DNA from: Styela clava
Taxonomy: Eukaryota
Assembly: GCF_964204865.1 (NCBI RefSeq)
Contig: NC_135252.1
Location: forward strand, 13,454,001 to 13,518,000
Direction: 5' to 3'
DNA: 64,000 nucleotides
Shown: positions 28,732-41,537 of the stretch, piece after piece
Layout: each line of letters opens with the position of its first letter
Numbering within the stretch: position 1 is the first letter of the stretch
The notes under the pieces: generated by a model
Databases searched by the model: none
Told to the model about the DNA's origin: nothing
The model's input: the letters and a program-made list of their open reading frames with translations, nothing else
Translations under genes and position numbers: made by a program

Positions 28732-28940
28732 AATTTTATCTGTATTCAGATTTTGGATTGTGCATCTTTCAATATTACAACAACAATTTGGCATTCAACA
28801 TTGTGTGCTTATTAAGGTCTGAAGGAATCCAGATTGGAGTCACATTCCGTAACGCGTGTCAATTTAATAACGCGAGAATCGAACTTTACATACATAGGAT
28901 TGATAGTCTTTATCCCTAAGACTTTCTTTCTCCCTATAAT
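28732..28940. repeat. Diverged local duplication (partner at about 30250-30430)
   Basis: Collinear blocks TATCTGTATTC, GGCATTCAA..ATTGTGTGCTTAT, TCTGAAGGA.TCCA, GTGTCAATTT.ATAACGCG and TCTCCCTATAATA in both. Confidence 0.7.
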
Positions 28941-30893
28941 ATTAATAATTGAAATATACTGGGTTTGTTGATGTAATATTCCGAGCACTGTATGTTGAAG
29001 ATCCCGAATTCAAATAACCCTAACCAGGGCGTAATAAATTATGGGTAAATATTTAAACCCATCGTTGCACTCCCGTTAAGTATGGCCACAAGGTCTATCT
29101 GTGGCTTTCCCAATCTCCTCTTATCAATCCCACGGATCCACATAATGTGTGATTGAAGGATGTTATGACTAATCGATTCGTTGGACATACGTGGGGCTAT
29201 ACGGCATACCAATGAGACCCAACTCATCTTAAACATTTCTACCGTATAAATTTCTAATTATAATCGAAATCCGATAAGACATAGGCGAGACATGAAAACC
29301 GTTGGAGAGCTTGGTCAAAGACAATATAAGTTTCGGTATGGCTTGCGCTGTATGTAGAGGCCGCCTTAACCCTTTCGTTATTTTTGTTGTTCCTCATCAA
29401 AAATACATTTGTTTTGATTGGTTGGCGGACATACCTACTAACCCATCAAACTCAGCGTTCCCAGCCTACTACTACATGTAACACGAGCACTATTTAGCAG
29501 TATAAATTTTAGTGAAGTATTTCACTTTCTTTATTTCGCTAAGAGGTCGTACAATTCATAAAGGATCGCTTACAGCAGTTTATTTAAACAACTAAATAGA
29601 CGAGACAATACAAGCATTTAGCCACACACTGCTTAGAGTTAAAAAATAATTGTATTTTTTTTTTTAAGTATTTTTCAATTTCGTAGATTATTTGCGTAAT
29701 TCATTGAAAATGCCCCTTATACCCAACTTCAAAAATAATAATAGAGATGAACAAATATAGTTGTTTTGGTATACATGAGAATGAATCAATTAAAGGTCGA
29801 GTAGGAATGAAATGTTTGTATTAATATTATTTCGATCATCCAACCAAGCAACAAACTCGCCTCTATAACGTGCTGCCCAGGGCGGCTGCTCCTATGACCC
29901 CCACCTAAACACTCATCTCATGTTACGCGCAACTTTAGAATTTGCTTTTTTCTCAATCCGCTGCTTTTGACGATAATTTAATGTCTCACACGTAGAACAG
30001 ACCAAGTTGTATTCAATACGGAAAGTCGGACTTATGATTTTTACTGTAGCGAGTATACGGATAGTTACTGTGCGTTTCAATATTCATCACCACGTATTGC
30101 TAATCAGTGCATATTATTTGCCTGAAACAAGGTCGTTGCTCTGATTCATTTCCTTTATGATATTTTTCTCTCGCTCAAGTATTTGTTCTTTGTTAGTTAG
30201 AAATTTGATTTCATCACATATACTTGTATTAAGAGATAAGTATATTTCAATATATCTGTATTCTGATTGAATTGTGGAACTTTGCAATATACGAACATAC
30301 GGCATTCAATCTATTGTGTGCTTATGGACCTCTGAAGGAGTCCAAATTGGGGTTACACTCCACAACGTGTGTCAATTTCATAACGCGGGAGCACAAACGC
30401 GCAGATAGAGTCGTTCTCTCTCCCTATAATACAAAGCACAGGAAAATAGAATGCATTTGGCGCCTGACAGAAAAATATCTTCAATCGCTTATGTAATTGG
30501 TGTAAATCGTTATAAAATCTCGTGCGGTTATTTTAATACAATGACAATTCTTGTATGTCGAATAAGACAAGTAGTTTGCAGCGGGACATGGGTTGACAGA
30601 GATTTCTACAAAATGGTGTACTAGTCTTCGACCCTGTCTTCCTAAAAAGACGGGTAAATGGTTTGACAGAATGTGGAGTAGAGGGAAATTGCATAAAACT
30701 TTTAATTGGAGTTTATGCGTAAAAGTTTTGGAATCGGTCCGACGAAAATTTCGAATCACCGCTCTCTTGTTTTTTTTTCGTTGAAAAATAGATCAAGGTG
30801 CATCCGTCGTTTTTTTTGCTGAGGCATATTTTTTACAATACTAACTGATGATGGCGTCATCAAGACACGTCTGTTTGCAGTACAGTACGGTAT

Positions 30894-31307
30894 GGACCTT
30901 TCCCCGAGCATCGACTTCCTTGTTTACTTCGTGACATTGGCCAATCAGCAAGATGCAAAACGTGACGTAACAATGCCCCCTTTTCGCATCTGCTCAGACA
31001 CTTTTCTCACTAAGACAGATTTTCAAGCGTGGTTGTAAACATTACCTCGTTTTTGCATTTTTGAACTCTATTCGTTAGTTTTCAGTTGTGTTTCGGAAAC
31101 TTAAATATAAATCAGATAATTCAATGATCACTCTTTCTTCCTAGGAGTTTTAATTTAATTGCAGTAATAAAAATTAGTGTAGAAATAGCTTAGCTGTGAT
31201 AGATTAGCCTGAAATTCTTTACCGGTAGTTTTAAAAAAGAGATTGTTGTACCGGTATGCAATGAATCATAATGATGATTTGAAACATATACCCCATTTTA
31301 CAGGCGC
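30894..31307 (+). mobile_element. 3'-truncated copy of the GGACC-terminal MITE family
   Basis: Collinear and highly similar to 46547-46950; begins AT|GGACCTTTCCCCGA. Confidence 0.82.
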
Positions 31308-31619
31308 TATTTGATTAAGATCAATATTATAAAATTATCCTAAATTAATAACAACTGACTGACTGAAGTACAGTAATGTCTGAAGATGTCATTGTACTCT
31401 GATAAATTGACCAAAGTTACCCTAGCAGACATCTCTCAGCGGACATCTCTCTCGTTTTCGGAACGGTAAAATAGCGTTGCCAGAAAACGATTTAACATGG
31501 CACTTAAATGCCGCATCGGAAAAAAGGAAAGATAGTCGCAAAGTACTTGCCAGATTCACGGCGAAATTTTGCTACACTCGGAATTACAAAACACTTATTT
31601 GTAATTTTCGATGGCCGGG

Positions 31620-33150
31620 CAGATTTTTGAAGTTGATATAAAAAAAGAACTTATATTGAAGTCATCCTAATCCAAGTTTTATGAAAATTATATGTTGGAA
31701 ACATATAATGATACATTGTCAAACATGGCCAAAAAGAAATTTCACATTAAAATTAATAAATGTCGGCATTTTAACCCCAAATTCTGTACTTTTCGATTAG
31801 GTGCCCCACTTTTAGATAAGACATCTCAAACAAACATATTGTGAAGTCATCTCGAACCAAGTTCCAGAAAAATTGTATGTCGGGAACATATAATATTATC
31901 TTGTCAAACATGTCACAATCATGATTTTTACATCAAAATTAGTAAATATCGGCATTTTAACCCAAAATTTTGGACTTTTCGATTACGTGCCCCACTTTTG
32001 AAGAAAATATCACAAAAGAACATATTGTGAAGTAACCTCGAACCAAGTTTGAGAAAAATTGTATGTCGGGAACATATAATAATATCTTGTTAAACATGGC
32101 CCAAACAGGAATTTTACATCAAAATTAATGAATATCAGTATTCCAACCCCAAATTTTGTACTTTTCAATTACGTGCCCCACTTTTGAAGAAAATATCACA
32201 AAAGAACATATTGTGAAGTAACCTCGAACCAAGTTTGAGAAAAATTGTATGTCGGGAACATATATTAATATCTTGGTAAACATGGCCCAAACAGGAATTT
32301 TACATCAAAATTAATAAATATCAGTATTTTAACCCCACATTTTGGACTTTTCGATTACGTGCCCCACTTTTGAATAAGATATCACAAAAGAACATATTGT
32401 GAAGTAACCTCGAACCAAGTTTGAGAAAAATTGTATGTCGGAAACAATATAACAATATCTTGTTAAACATGGCCCAAACAGGAATTTTACATCAAAATTA
32501 ATAAATATCAGTATTTCAACCCCAAATTTTGTACTTTTCGATTACGTGCCCCACTTTTGAATAAAATATCCCAAAAGAAGATATTGTGAAGTAACCTCGA
32601 ACCAAGTTTGAGAAAAATTGTATGTCGGGAACATATAATAATATCTTGTCAAACATGGCACAATCATGAATTTTACATCAAAATTAGTAAATATCGGCAT
32701 TTTAACCCAAAAATTTGAACTTTTTGATTACGTGCCCCACTTTTGAATAAAATATCCCAAAAGAACATATTGTGAGGTAACTTCGAACCAAGTTTGAGAA
32801 AAATTGTATGTCGGGAACATATAATAATATCTTGTCAAACATGGCACAATCATGAATTTTACATCAAAATTAATAAATATCAGTATTTCAACCCCAAATT
32901 TTGGACTTCTCGATTATGTGCCCCACTTTTGAATAAAATATTCCAAAAGAACATATTGTGAAGTAACCTCGAACCAAGTTTGAGAAAAATTGTATGTCGG
33001 GAACATATAATAATATCTTGTCAAACATGGCCCAAACAAGAATCCGACTTAAAATTAATAAACAACGCTATCACAACCCAGGATACTGTATACATTATAA
33101 TGGCGTGCCTCAATTTAAGTAAGATAACATAAACGAATTGTGAAATCATC
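31620..33150 (+). repeat. Left-arm tandem array of element A, 186-bp unit, about 8 copies
   Basis: GATTACGTGCCCCAC-like marker at 31795, 31981, 32167, 32353, 32540, 32726 and 32912. Confidence 0.92.
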
Positions 33151-33489
33151 TCGTTCTTTCATACCGGGGATCTATCTTATATTTAAAAATTTTTTTAAAA
33201 TGGTTGATCTTTGTAGAAAGCCACCACACCACGTCAAGGTGCCAACCATCGTGGCGGTTTTCATCTCAATATTATAGACTAGACCAAGAGAGAAAAACCT
33301 GGCAAAGGGCATGTTAAGCCAAATAGGTAAAACAGACTGATCCTTCGTCTGACTTGAACGATGTACCTAAAAAATGAGAATGTGAATGATCATATCTAGT
33401 TGAATATTGCTTTGCATGTAATTTAGCATCGAATGCACTTTTTTCTAATTCCATTATATTTCGCTGTTTTCCAGTGCCTCAACTGGCAC

Positions 33490-36085
33490 TGGAATACTAC
33501 AACATTTCGGATGGTACCATTTCAAACATGAAGTGCATTCGATCATGGTCTGATTTTCAATGTAAGACAGTTGGCAGTTGCAAAAAATCGGAATTTCCAA
33601 TCGCCTGGGCGCGGGTATAACACGTTTCTTGTTGATGTTAAATACCGACGAAAAATTTTAAGAGACTATACCATCGCATATTTTCTTCCTAAGATTTTTC
33701 TCGTCAAATAGGATATGCTCTGGTCGTATTTTGTTACATAGGGCTATGCAAAAACTAATCGAGAATAGGCCACATGATGCACCTAAAGTTTGTTGCTGGA
33801 CAACGGGGAATTCAATTTGTACTTTATTTGTTCCTTGCCTTGGCCGCATAAGAAGCGAAATCGCATATTTGTCACTTTCATTGTACTTCATATAGGAGCT
33901 ATCATAAATCTGTATAGTATTTTGGTCGGGGGTGAATATATTTGATGCTGTTACCCAGTGATTTTCATGCACAAATAAAATTTGAACAAATTTTTCAGAA
34001 GGAACATACACTTTAGGGCCAGATAGCGCTGTATAAAAAGTCGTGCTTTGCAACCCGTCTACTTCAGAATACCGAGATGAGAAAATTAATTGTGCGGTGT
34101 TCATAATATTCGAAGTAAACCAGTCTCTTCAAAAATTAGTTTTGGAATTCATTATTTTATGATCGACATCAGATAAATGTACAAATTTTTGGAATGGAAT
34201 TTTCGGTGAAACGAACCGCAACATCATAGATTGTGTAGTAGACGCTTCGTCAGCTTTTATTAGAATTGGGCTATCGTTATTAGAAAGTTCTTGAGGGCGA
34301 AACATCTTTGGAGGTCTAATGGGGGGGGGGGGGGGGGGGGCTGAAGATACACTCCTTTACACTTGTCTTTACCCTGAATTCGGGATCGTTTACTCCATTT
34401 CTCAATTTCTTGGTCAATTTGGTCATTGTTTTCAACTTTACTTTTTTTTGAACAAACAATCAAATTATCTTCATATTCCCTAATCAGAGAGTCATGGAGT
34501 TCATCATAAACTATAGCAATCTCGTCAAGACGTTTAAATCGTCTGTTGTTTAAACGAGTTCGCTTTAGTTCCTGCTGACTTTTTTCCATGAGTCCCTGAG
34601 TGCGATTATCTCGCGATATGTTTTGTTTCTCAGAAGCTGAGACTTTTGCATAAAAAGTCGAATATTTCAAATAGCCAATTGAATTACCATATCTTCCCAA
34701 ATCACCTACCATCAAACTTCCCCAAAGACATATCTTCGGGACATAGAACGTTTTAAATTTGGACAATATTTCCGGGCAGTAAAAATTGTTGGAACCCAAA
34801 ATTTCTGCATTACTTGCTATTTCAATGGCTGACGAAATGTCGCAATTCATTAATTCCGTAAAAGGGTTTATCTCGCTCAAATCTTCATCTGGTAAAAGTT
34901 CATCCGATGTCTCTAGGTCTAATTCACCATCAGAAGGCACAGGAATGTTCTGTTTTTCAATTTGCTTTTGCAAGTAAGTCCAACTATCATGCATAAGATT
35001 AGAATTTTGGCAAATTAATAAAATAGTGAAACAATTTTACGGACTGTTTTCAACTCTCCGCAACAAACGAGTAGTCCAAATATATGCATTAGTTCACGTT
35101 TTAATTTTGGTAGTCTACAAGCTAACTGTTTAAAATTCTTCATGGTATGACTCGTGCATAAATGAAGAAAGGGGCGTGAAAGCATATCTAAATTTGCGAT
35201 ACCTTCAATGACAGCGTAACATCGCGAAATGTACGATTCCAAACTTTCCCGCATGTTAACCTGAATTATTGACTTTATAAGGGCCATGCTTCCATCGCAT
35301 ATAAAAACTTTCGCGGGGAATCTTTTAGTTAGTTTGGAAACATCACAACGGAATTGCATGAGAAAGTTCGAAATATTTGGAATATTGTGCCGATTTGTTA
35401 CAAACGTGGCCACGGCCAGGGGTGATTTGCCTTTTTGTGGATGACGCGTAACAATTTCATAGACGTAGTATGGACTATGCCCACCGGACGCCAAAATTCC
35501 ACCAGTAGCGTCAATGTATATAATGTCAATAGAGGAATTTTGAATGAATTTTTTTACCGAAGCCACTGACCAAAACATAATCCCCGGAGGAACCCTTGAA
35601 ATTTGCTGCAAGGTTCCACGAATTACTTGATTTTTGGACCTTTCGTACTGCAACTTTCGCATTGAATATAGCGAACCCCATTGGTTGCCGGGGTCGGGGA
35701 CACGGATAACCCTAGATTCATGACGTGCCTTTTTTAAAACAGCTTGGGATGGGGCATCGTCCCTGTTACCAGAATGAAAGACTTCAGACGAGAGAGCACC
35801 TATCTTTTTTAAATAAATCTTACGAGGGAGAACATGAACCAATTTTTCCTGAAACTCTTTCCTACGTTTACCTTTAAGTCTCATTGATTTTAACCCAATA
35901 TGGCGAATCTTGCCTGTGTATGAAATATGAAACATGCGGGGGTCTTTCCGATAGGATACTACAGAAATTTTACGACTGCAACCTGTAAAGCAACAATGCC
36001 CACTGCAAGCAAAAATACGATTTGCCAATATTCCAGAACTTACTGTGTGCCATCGAAATGCATATGAACAGTAAGGGTCACTTTC
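33490..36085 (-). pseudogene. Decayed MULE-like DDE transposase fused to Ulp1/C48-like protease and PHD finger
   Basis: IYIDATG (D1), FICDGS (D2), HLCTSH (CxxH), RTQGLMEKSQQELK (E); ENHWV/IYDS/QQQ...SCGLF (Ulp1 H-D-Q-C); after one in-frame stop, IFCNCQ..MIECTSCLKWYHPKC (PHD). Confidence 0.85.
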
Positions 36086-36089
36086 TTTA

Positions 36090-37890
36090 ATATTCCTGTT
36101 TGGGCCATATTTAACAAGATATTATTATATGTTCCCGACATACAATTTTTCTCAAACTTGGTTCGAGGTTACTTCACAATATGTTCTTCTAGGATATTTT
36201 ATTCAAAAGTGGGGCACGTAATCGAAAAGTCCAAAATTTGGGGTTGAAATACTGATATTTATTACTTTTGATGTAAAATTCCTGTTTGGGCCATGTTTAA
36301 CAAGATAATATTATATGTTCCCGACATACAATTTTTCTCAAACTTGGTTCGAGGTTACTTCACAATATGTTCTTTTGTGATATTTTATTCAAAAGTGGGG
36401 CACGTAATCGAAAAGTTCAAAATTTTGGGTTAAAATGCCGATATTCACTAATTTTGATGTAAAATTCCTTTTGGGCCATGTTTATTTAACAAGATATTAA
36501 TATATGTTCTCGACATACAATTTTTCTCAAACTTGGTTCGAGGTTACTTCACAATATGTTATTCTAGGATAATTTATTCAAAAGTGGGGCACGTAATCGA
36601 AAAGTACAAAATTTGGGGTTGAAATACTGATATTTATTAATTTTGAAGTAAAATTCCTGTTTGGGCCATGTTTATTTAACAAGATATTATTATATGTTCC
36701 CGACATACAATTTTTCTCAAACTTGGTTCGAGGTTACTTCACAATATGTTCTTCTAGGATAATTTATTCAAAAGTGGGGCACGTAATCGAAAAGTACAAA
36801 ATTTGGGGTTGAAATACTGATATTTATTAATTTTGATGTAAAATTCCTGTTTGGGCCATGTTTATTTAACAAAATATTATTATATGTTCCCGACATACAA
36901 TTTTTCTCAAACTTGGTTCGAGGTTACTTCACAATATGTTCTTTTGTGATATCTTCTTCAAAAGTGGGGCACGTAATCGAAAAGTACAAAATTTGGGGTT
37001 GAAATACTGATATTTATTACTTTTGATGTAAAATTCCTGTTTGGGCCATGTTTAACAAGATATTATTATATGTTCCCGACATACAATTTTTTTCGAACTT
37101 GGTTCGAGGTTACTTCACAATATGTTCTTCTAGGATATTTTATTCAAAAGTGGGGCACGTAATCAAAAAGTTCAAAATTTGGGGTTGAAATACTGATATT
37201 TATTAATTTTGATGTAAAATTCCTGTTTGGGCCATGTTTGACAAGATAATATTATATGTTCCCGACATACAATTTTTCTGGAACTTGGTTCGAGATGACT
37301 TCACAGTATGATTTTCTGAAATATCTTATCTGAAAGTGGGGCACGTAATCAAATAGTACAGAATATTTGGTTAAAATGCCGATATTTACTAATTTTGATG
37401 TAAAATTCCTGCTTGGGCCACGTTTGACAAGATAATAATACATGTTCCCGACATACAATTTTTCTGGAACTTTCTTCGAGATGACTTCACAGTATGATTT
37501 TTTGAAATATCTTATCTGAAAGTGGGGCACGTAATCAAATAGTACAGAATTTTTGGTTAAAATGCCGATATTTACTAATTTTGATGTAAAATTCCTGTTT
37601 GGGCCATGTTTAACAAGATATTATTGTATGTTCCCGACATACAATTTTTCTGAAACTTGGTTCCGAATGACTTCACAAGATGTTTTTTTGAGATGTCTTA
37701 TCTAAAAGTGGGGCACTTAATCGAAAACTACATAATTTGGGGTTAAAATGCCGACATTTATGAATTTTAATGTGAAATTTCTTTTTGGCCATGTTTGACA
37801 ATGTAATAATATATGTTCCCAACATATAAATTTCATAAAACTTGAATTAGGATGACTTCAATATAAGTTCTTTTTTATATCAACTTCAAA
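36090..37890 (-). repeat. Right-arm tandem array of element A (reverse complement of the left), about 9-10 units
   Basis: AAAGTGGGGCACGTAATC recurs every 186-190 bp. Confidence 0.92.
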
Positions 37891-38115
37891 AATCTGCCCG
37901 GCCATCGGAAATTACAGATAAGTTTTGTGTAATTCCGAGTGTAGCAAAATTTCGCCGTAAATCTGGCAAGTACTTTGCGACTAGCTTTCCTTTTTTTCGT
38001 CGCGGCATTTAAGTGCCATGTTAAATCGTTTTCTGGCAACGCTATTTTACCGTTCCGAAAATGAGAGAGATGTCCGCTGAGAGATGTCTGCTAGGGTAAC
38101 TTTGGTGATAAATTG

Positions 38116-40909
38116 AGAAGTAATCGTAAAAGAGATGAGGATGAAAGAGACACACTGGATAGGACTAAATGTATGTACTTCGGTCGATCAAAGTTTTAAC
38201 CCAGTTTAACAAACTAAAGAAAGAGATTATTAAAAAACAAAGACAAAGAAATGGTAAAATTAGAATTCTAAACTTGGCCCACTACTATGATACATATGAA
38301 AAATGTAATAAGTCATTCTTTAAGAATTTGAAAAAAAAGCAAAAAGAATGAAGAATGTTATATCCACAAACTGAAGGACAAAAAAGGTTTCATACAAGAA
38401 AATTTGACAGAAAAAATGTACCTCGTAAAACAATATTATCAAAATCTGTATAAAAAACAAAACAATGATATGGAGATTCAAAAATACTTTATTGAAGCTA
38501 TTCCAGCTTCGAGAAAAATACAAGGAGAAGACGCAGAAACAATGCAGAGACAAATTGTCATAAACGAGGTTCAGGAAACCATTACATCTTTTAAAGAAGG
38601 TAAAACTCCAGGACCTGATGGTATAAGTATAGAGTTTTATAAGAAATGCTGGACTGTCATAAAAAATGATTTTTTTGAAGTAATGGAGGAAATTTATGAA
38701 GAAGGACTCACCGCAAAAGACTTCAAAATTGGATATGCAACTTTAATCCATAAAAAAGGAGAACTGGATCAGGTTAAAAATTACAGACCAGCTTTACTAA
38801 ACACAGATTATAAAATTTTGACCAAAATATTAACAAATAGATTGAAATGTATTTTACCTGATATGCTAGATGCCCACCAAACAGCTATACCAGGGAGGCG
38901 TATTTCTGATGCACTCATATTGTTAAGAGACATATGTCAGTATGTATACAGGAACAAAACAAAACCGGAGAATCTTCCATAATATCACTGGATTTTAACA
39001 AAGCCTTCGATAGTGTAGATTTGGATTACCTCTTCAACGTTCTTCGTAAAATCGGATTCAAAAATAAATTCATGAGTGTAATCCGGACATTATATATAAA
39101 TTCAGAAACTCGAGTGTTACTAAATGGTTATCTTAGTGAAGCAGTGAAACTCGAAAGAGGAATTCGACAAGGAGATCCTTTAAGTCTTTATATGTTCAAA
39201 TTGTTCACATTAGCTATTGAACCACTCTTAATTAGAATAAATACCTGTAACTCTATTAATGGAATATTGATACCACAAAATAAAGCATATCAGTTATGCG
39301 GATGATATTACCTTGACAATTCGAAACAAGACATCAATATAATCAGCACTGGATTTGATAAACAAATTTCAACTAGCAACGGGAATGAGGTTAAATATGG
39401 AAAAGACGAAACTTTTGAAATTAGGAACATGGAATAATCCCAGTTTATTTTCTAAGTTGTCTATCGTTCAGACTTTAAATATACTTGGAATAATTTTTTC
39501 CAATTCTGACACATCGGATGAAAATTGGCATTTTTGTTTAAATAATGCCAGAACTGTAATAGACGAATTGATGAATATTCCTCTATCTTTGGATGGAAAA
39601 TGTCTTCTAATTAAACTGAAAATATTACCCTTGTTTTTATATTGTGCGAAAGTGTTTCCTATTCCCCTGCATATCGATAAACAAATCAATAAAGTTGTGC
39701 AGTTTTTCATATTCAATGGAAGAAGTGTTTTAAAAATAGAAACTTTGTGCCAATGCAAATCATTGGCTGGATATGATATGATTAACATTCTAATTTTTAC
39801 TATGAGCATGTATGTCATGACAGCATTTGAGTATTATTGTAAAAGAACTAATATTGCTATTGATCAATGCAGACAATCTGATTTCAATTTTGTTGAATAC
39901 AACATAGGTCAACAGCTTAGTTTATTTTTCAAATTGCCTACTAATAATAGTGTATCCCATGTTTTTTTCCCTCAGAAATACTATGGAACTGTAATCAGCT
40001 TTCTGAAGCAGTACAACATCACTGAAACTGATTTAATTCAAGGAAAGCATAGACATTTAAATAATATAATTGTAAATAATTCGAAGGGTGGAGATAGAAT
40101 TGTTTTTTTGAGAGATGGTAATTTAAAAGGGGCTTGTTCAAATATACATTCTAAAATTTTGGCCAATAATGTAAGGACTTTCAATTATAAATTAATGTGG
40201 GACATTTTATCAATCAAAGTTAAGCCAAGAATAAAACATATTTCTGGGGATGATATTTGTGTGTTATGTAAACAAGATCCTGAATTTGTGTCTCATTTGT
40301 TTTGGAATTGTGTTTTTACTCAGAATGTCTATGCTTATATCTTTTCTGTGGCATTAAAAATGAGTAACTGTGTGATAAAAAATAATTATAAAACTTGCAT
40401 TTTATTGGACTTAAATGACCACTGTTATACAAATTTATCCATTATACAACGTGATGCTATTATATTGTTATTTTGTACAGCAAGATGTAAAATTTGGTTG
40501 GAGCGTAACGCAGTAATATTTCAAAATCATAACCCAAGCATAAATAATGTTATTATGAAAATTAGGAACTCACTTTTAATGAGAAGAAATATAGAAAAAG
40601 TGAGAAAGGAATTTTGTTATATAAAAGAACTTGCCATGATTTGTAATAACTTGTGAATAATTATAAAATTATGTTTTTTCATGCTAAATAATTAAAAATA
40701 AACTATGTAATTTGTATTACGAAATCAACAAATATATTATTGGAACTCCCTGGATTATATGGAATATTATATCTGATGGAATTATCTTGATATTACTGAT
40801 ATATATGTTTGTTCACTTGCGGTACACAATATACCTTTATTTATATTTAATTTATTTATTATTTACATATTCAATAATCCAAATTGTGGATCCATTTAAA
40901 AAAAAAAAA
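38116..40909 (+). mobile_element. 5'-truncated L1/Tx1-clade LINE (ORF2 RT and zinc finger), frameshifted
   Basis: KTPGPDGISIEFYK, NYRP, LLNTDYKILTKIL, SLDFNKAFDSV, GIRQGDPLS, SYADD (about 39288-39306, shifted frame), CVLC...SHLFWNC; poly(A) at 40898-40909. Confidence 0.9.
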
Positions 40910-41048
40910 TCACATATGCCTGCTTAGTGTACATTGTATACAATTCATATTTTATTGCAGTGATAGTTAATTATCGTTTGGTGCAGCGATTTGGAACCCT
41001 ACACCTAGCATAACGCCCAACCGGTTTTTCTACGGAAAATTCAGAAAC

Positions 41049-41537
41049 ATGGTGAAGATAGGATTAGAATTCAAAGCGTGTTTAGAAAATGTCAAAAGCT
41101 TGCGTAGCAGTGGAAAAGATTTCAGATGGTTTTTGAAGTTCCGTTGTAGCAATTGTGGAGAAGTTACTGCAAACTGGCAGTATGTGACTGAAGAAATGTC
41201 TGCAGATTTAAAAGGTGGTCGTGGGCAAGCAAATTTGGTAGAAAAGTGTAAGATGTGCGCCAGAGATAATTCAATATCCATCATAGAAGACAGAGTTCAA
41301 CCATACACTTCTGAAGATCACCTAAAATCAAAAGTAGTTGTTGGATTTGAATGTAGGGGTTTGGAACCAATCGATTTTGATCTGAGAAGCGGTTGGGAAG
41401 TTGAATCAAATAGCTCAACGAAAAGCTTTTCAGATGTTGATCTGAAAGATCATGAATGGTATGAGTATGACGATATTGCGAATGAATCTATCAGTATCAC
41501 CGAATTCACATTCAAATTTGTGAAACTAAAGAAGTGA
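41049..41537 (+). CDS. CZIB: CXXC motif-containing zinc-binding protein (C1orf123/UPF0587 family), intronless CDS
   Basis: MVKIGL..KA.LENV, CSNCGE, GGRG.AN...KCKMC.R, FECRGLEPIDF and W.EYD motifs; 162 aa. Confidence 0.95.
   Translation: MVKIGLEFKACLENVKSLRSSGKDFRWFLKFRCSNCGEVTANWQYVTEEMSADLKGGRGQANLVEKCKMCARDNSISIIEDRVQPYTSEDHLKSKVVVGFECRGLEPIDFDLRSGWEVESNSSTKSFSDVDLKDHEWYEYDDIANESISITEFTFKFVKLKK

Larger units (their letters stand above)
31410..38106 (-). mobile_element. Foldback-like Mutator (MULE)-type DNA transposon, element A
   Basis: Termini ACCAAAGTTACCCTAGCAGACATCTCTCAGC and its reverse complement; 9-bp TSD GATAAATTG (31401-31409, 38107-38115); inverted arms of about 1.7-2 kb; internal transposase remnant. 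Confidence 0.93.

Noticed and set aside
31400-31410. 11-bp TSD TGATAAATTGA with CC..GG termini for element A
   Set aside because: Element B shows the termini are ACC..GGT with a 9-bp TSD; the extra matches are coincidental
31620-37890. Regular arrays as a CRISPR array or a free-standing centromeric satellite
   Set aside because: Units are contiguous 186-bp repeats with no unique spacers, there are no cas genes, and the arrays lie inside TSD-bounded inverted arms of a transposon
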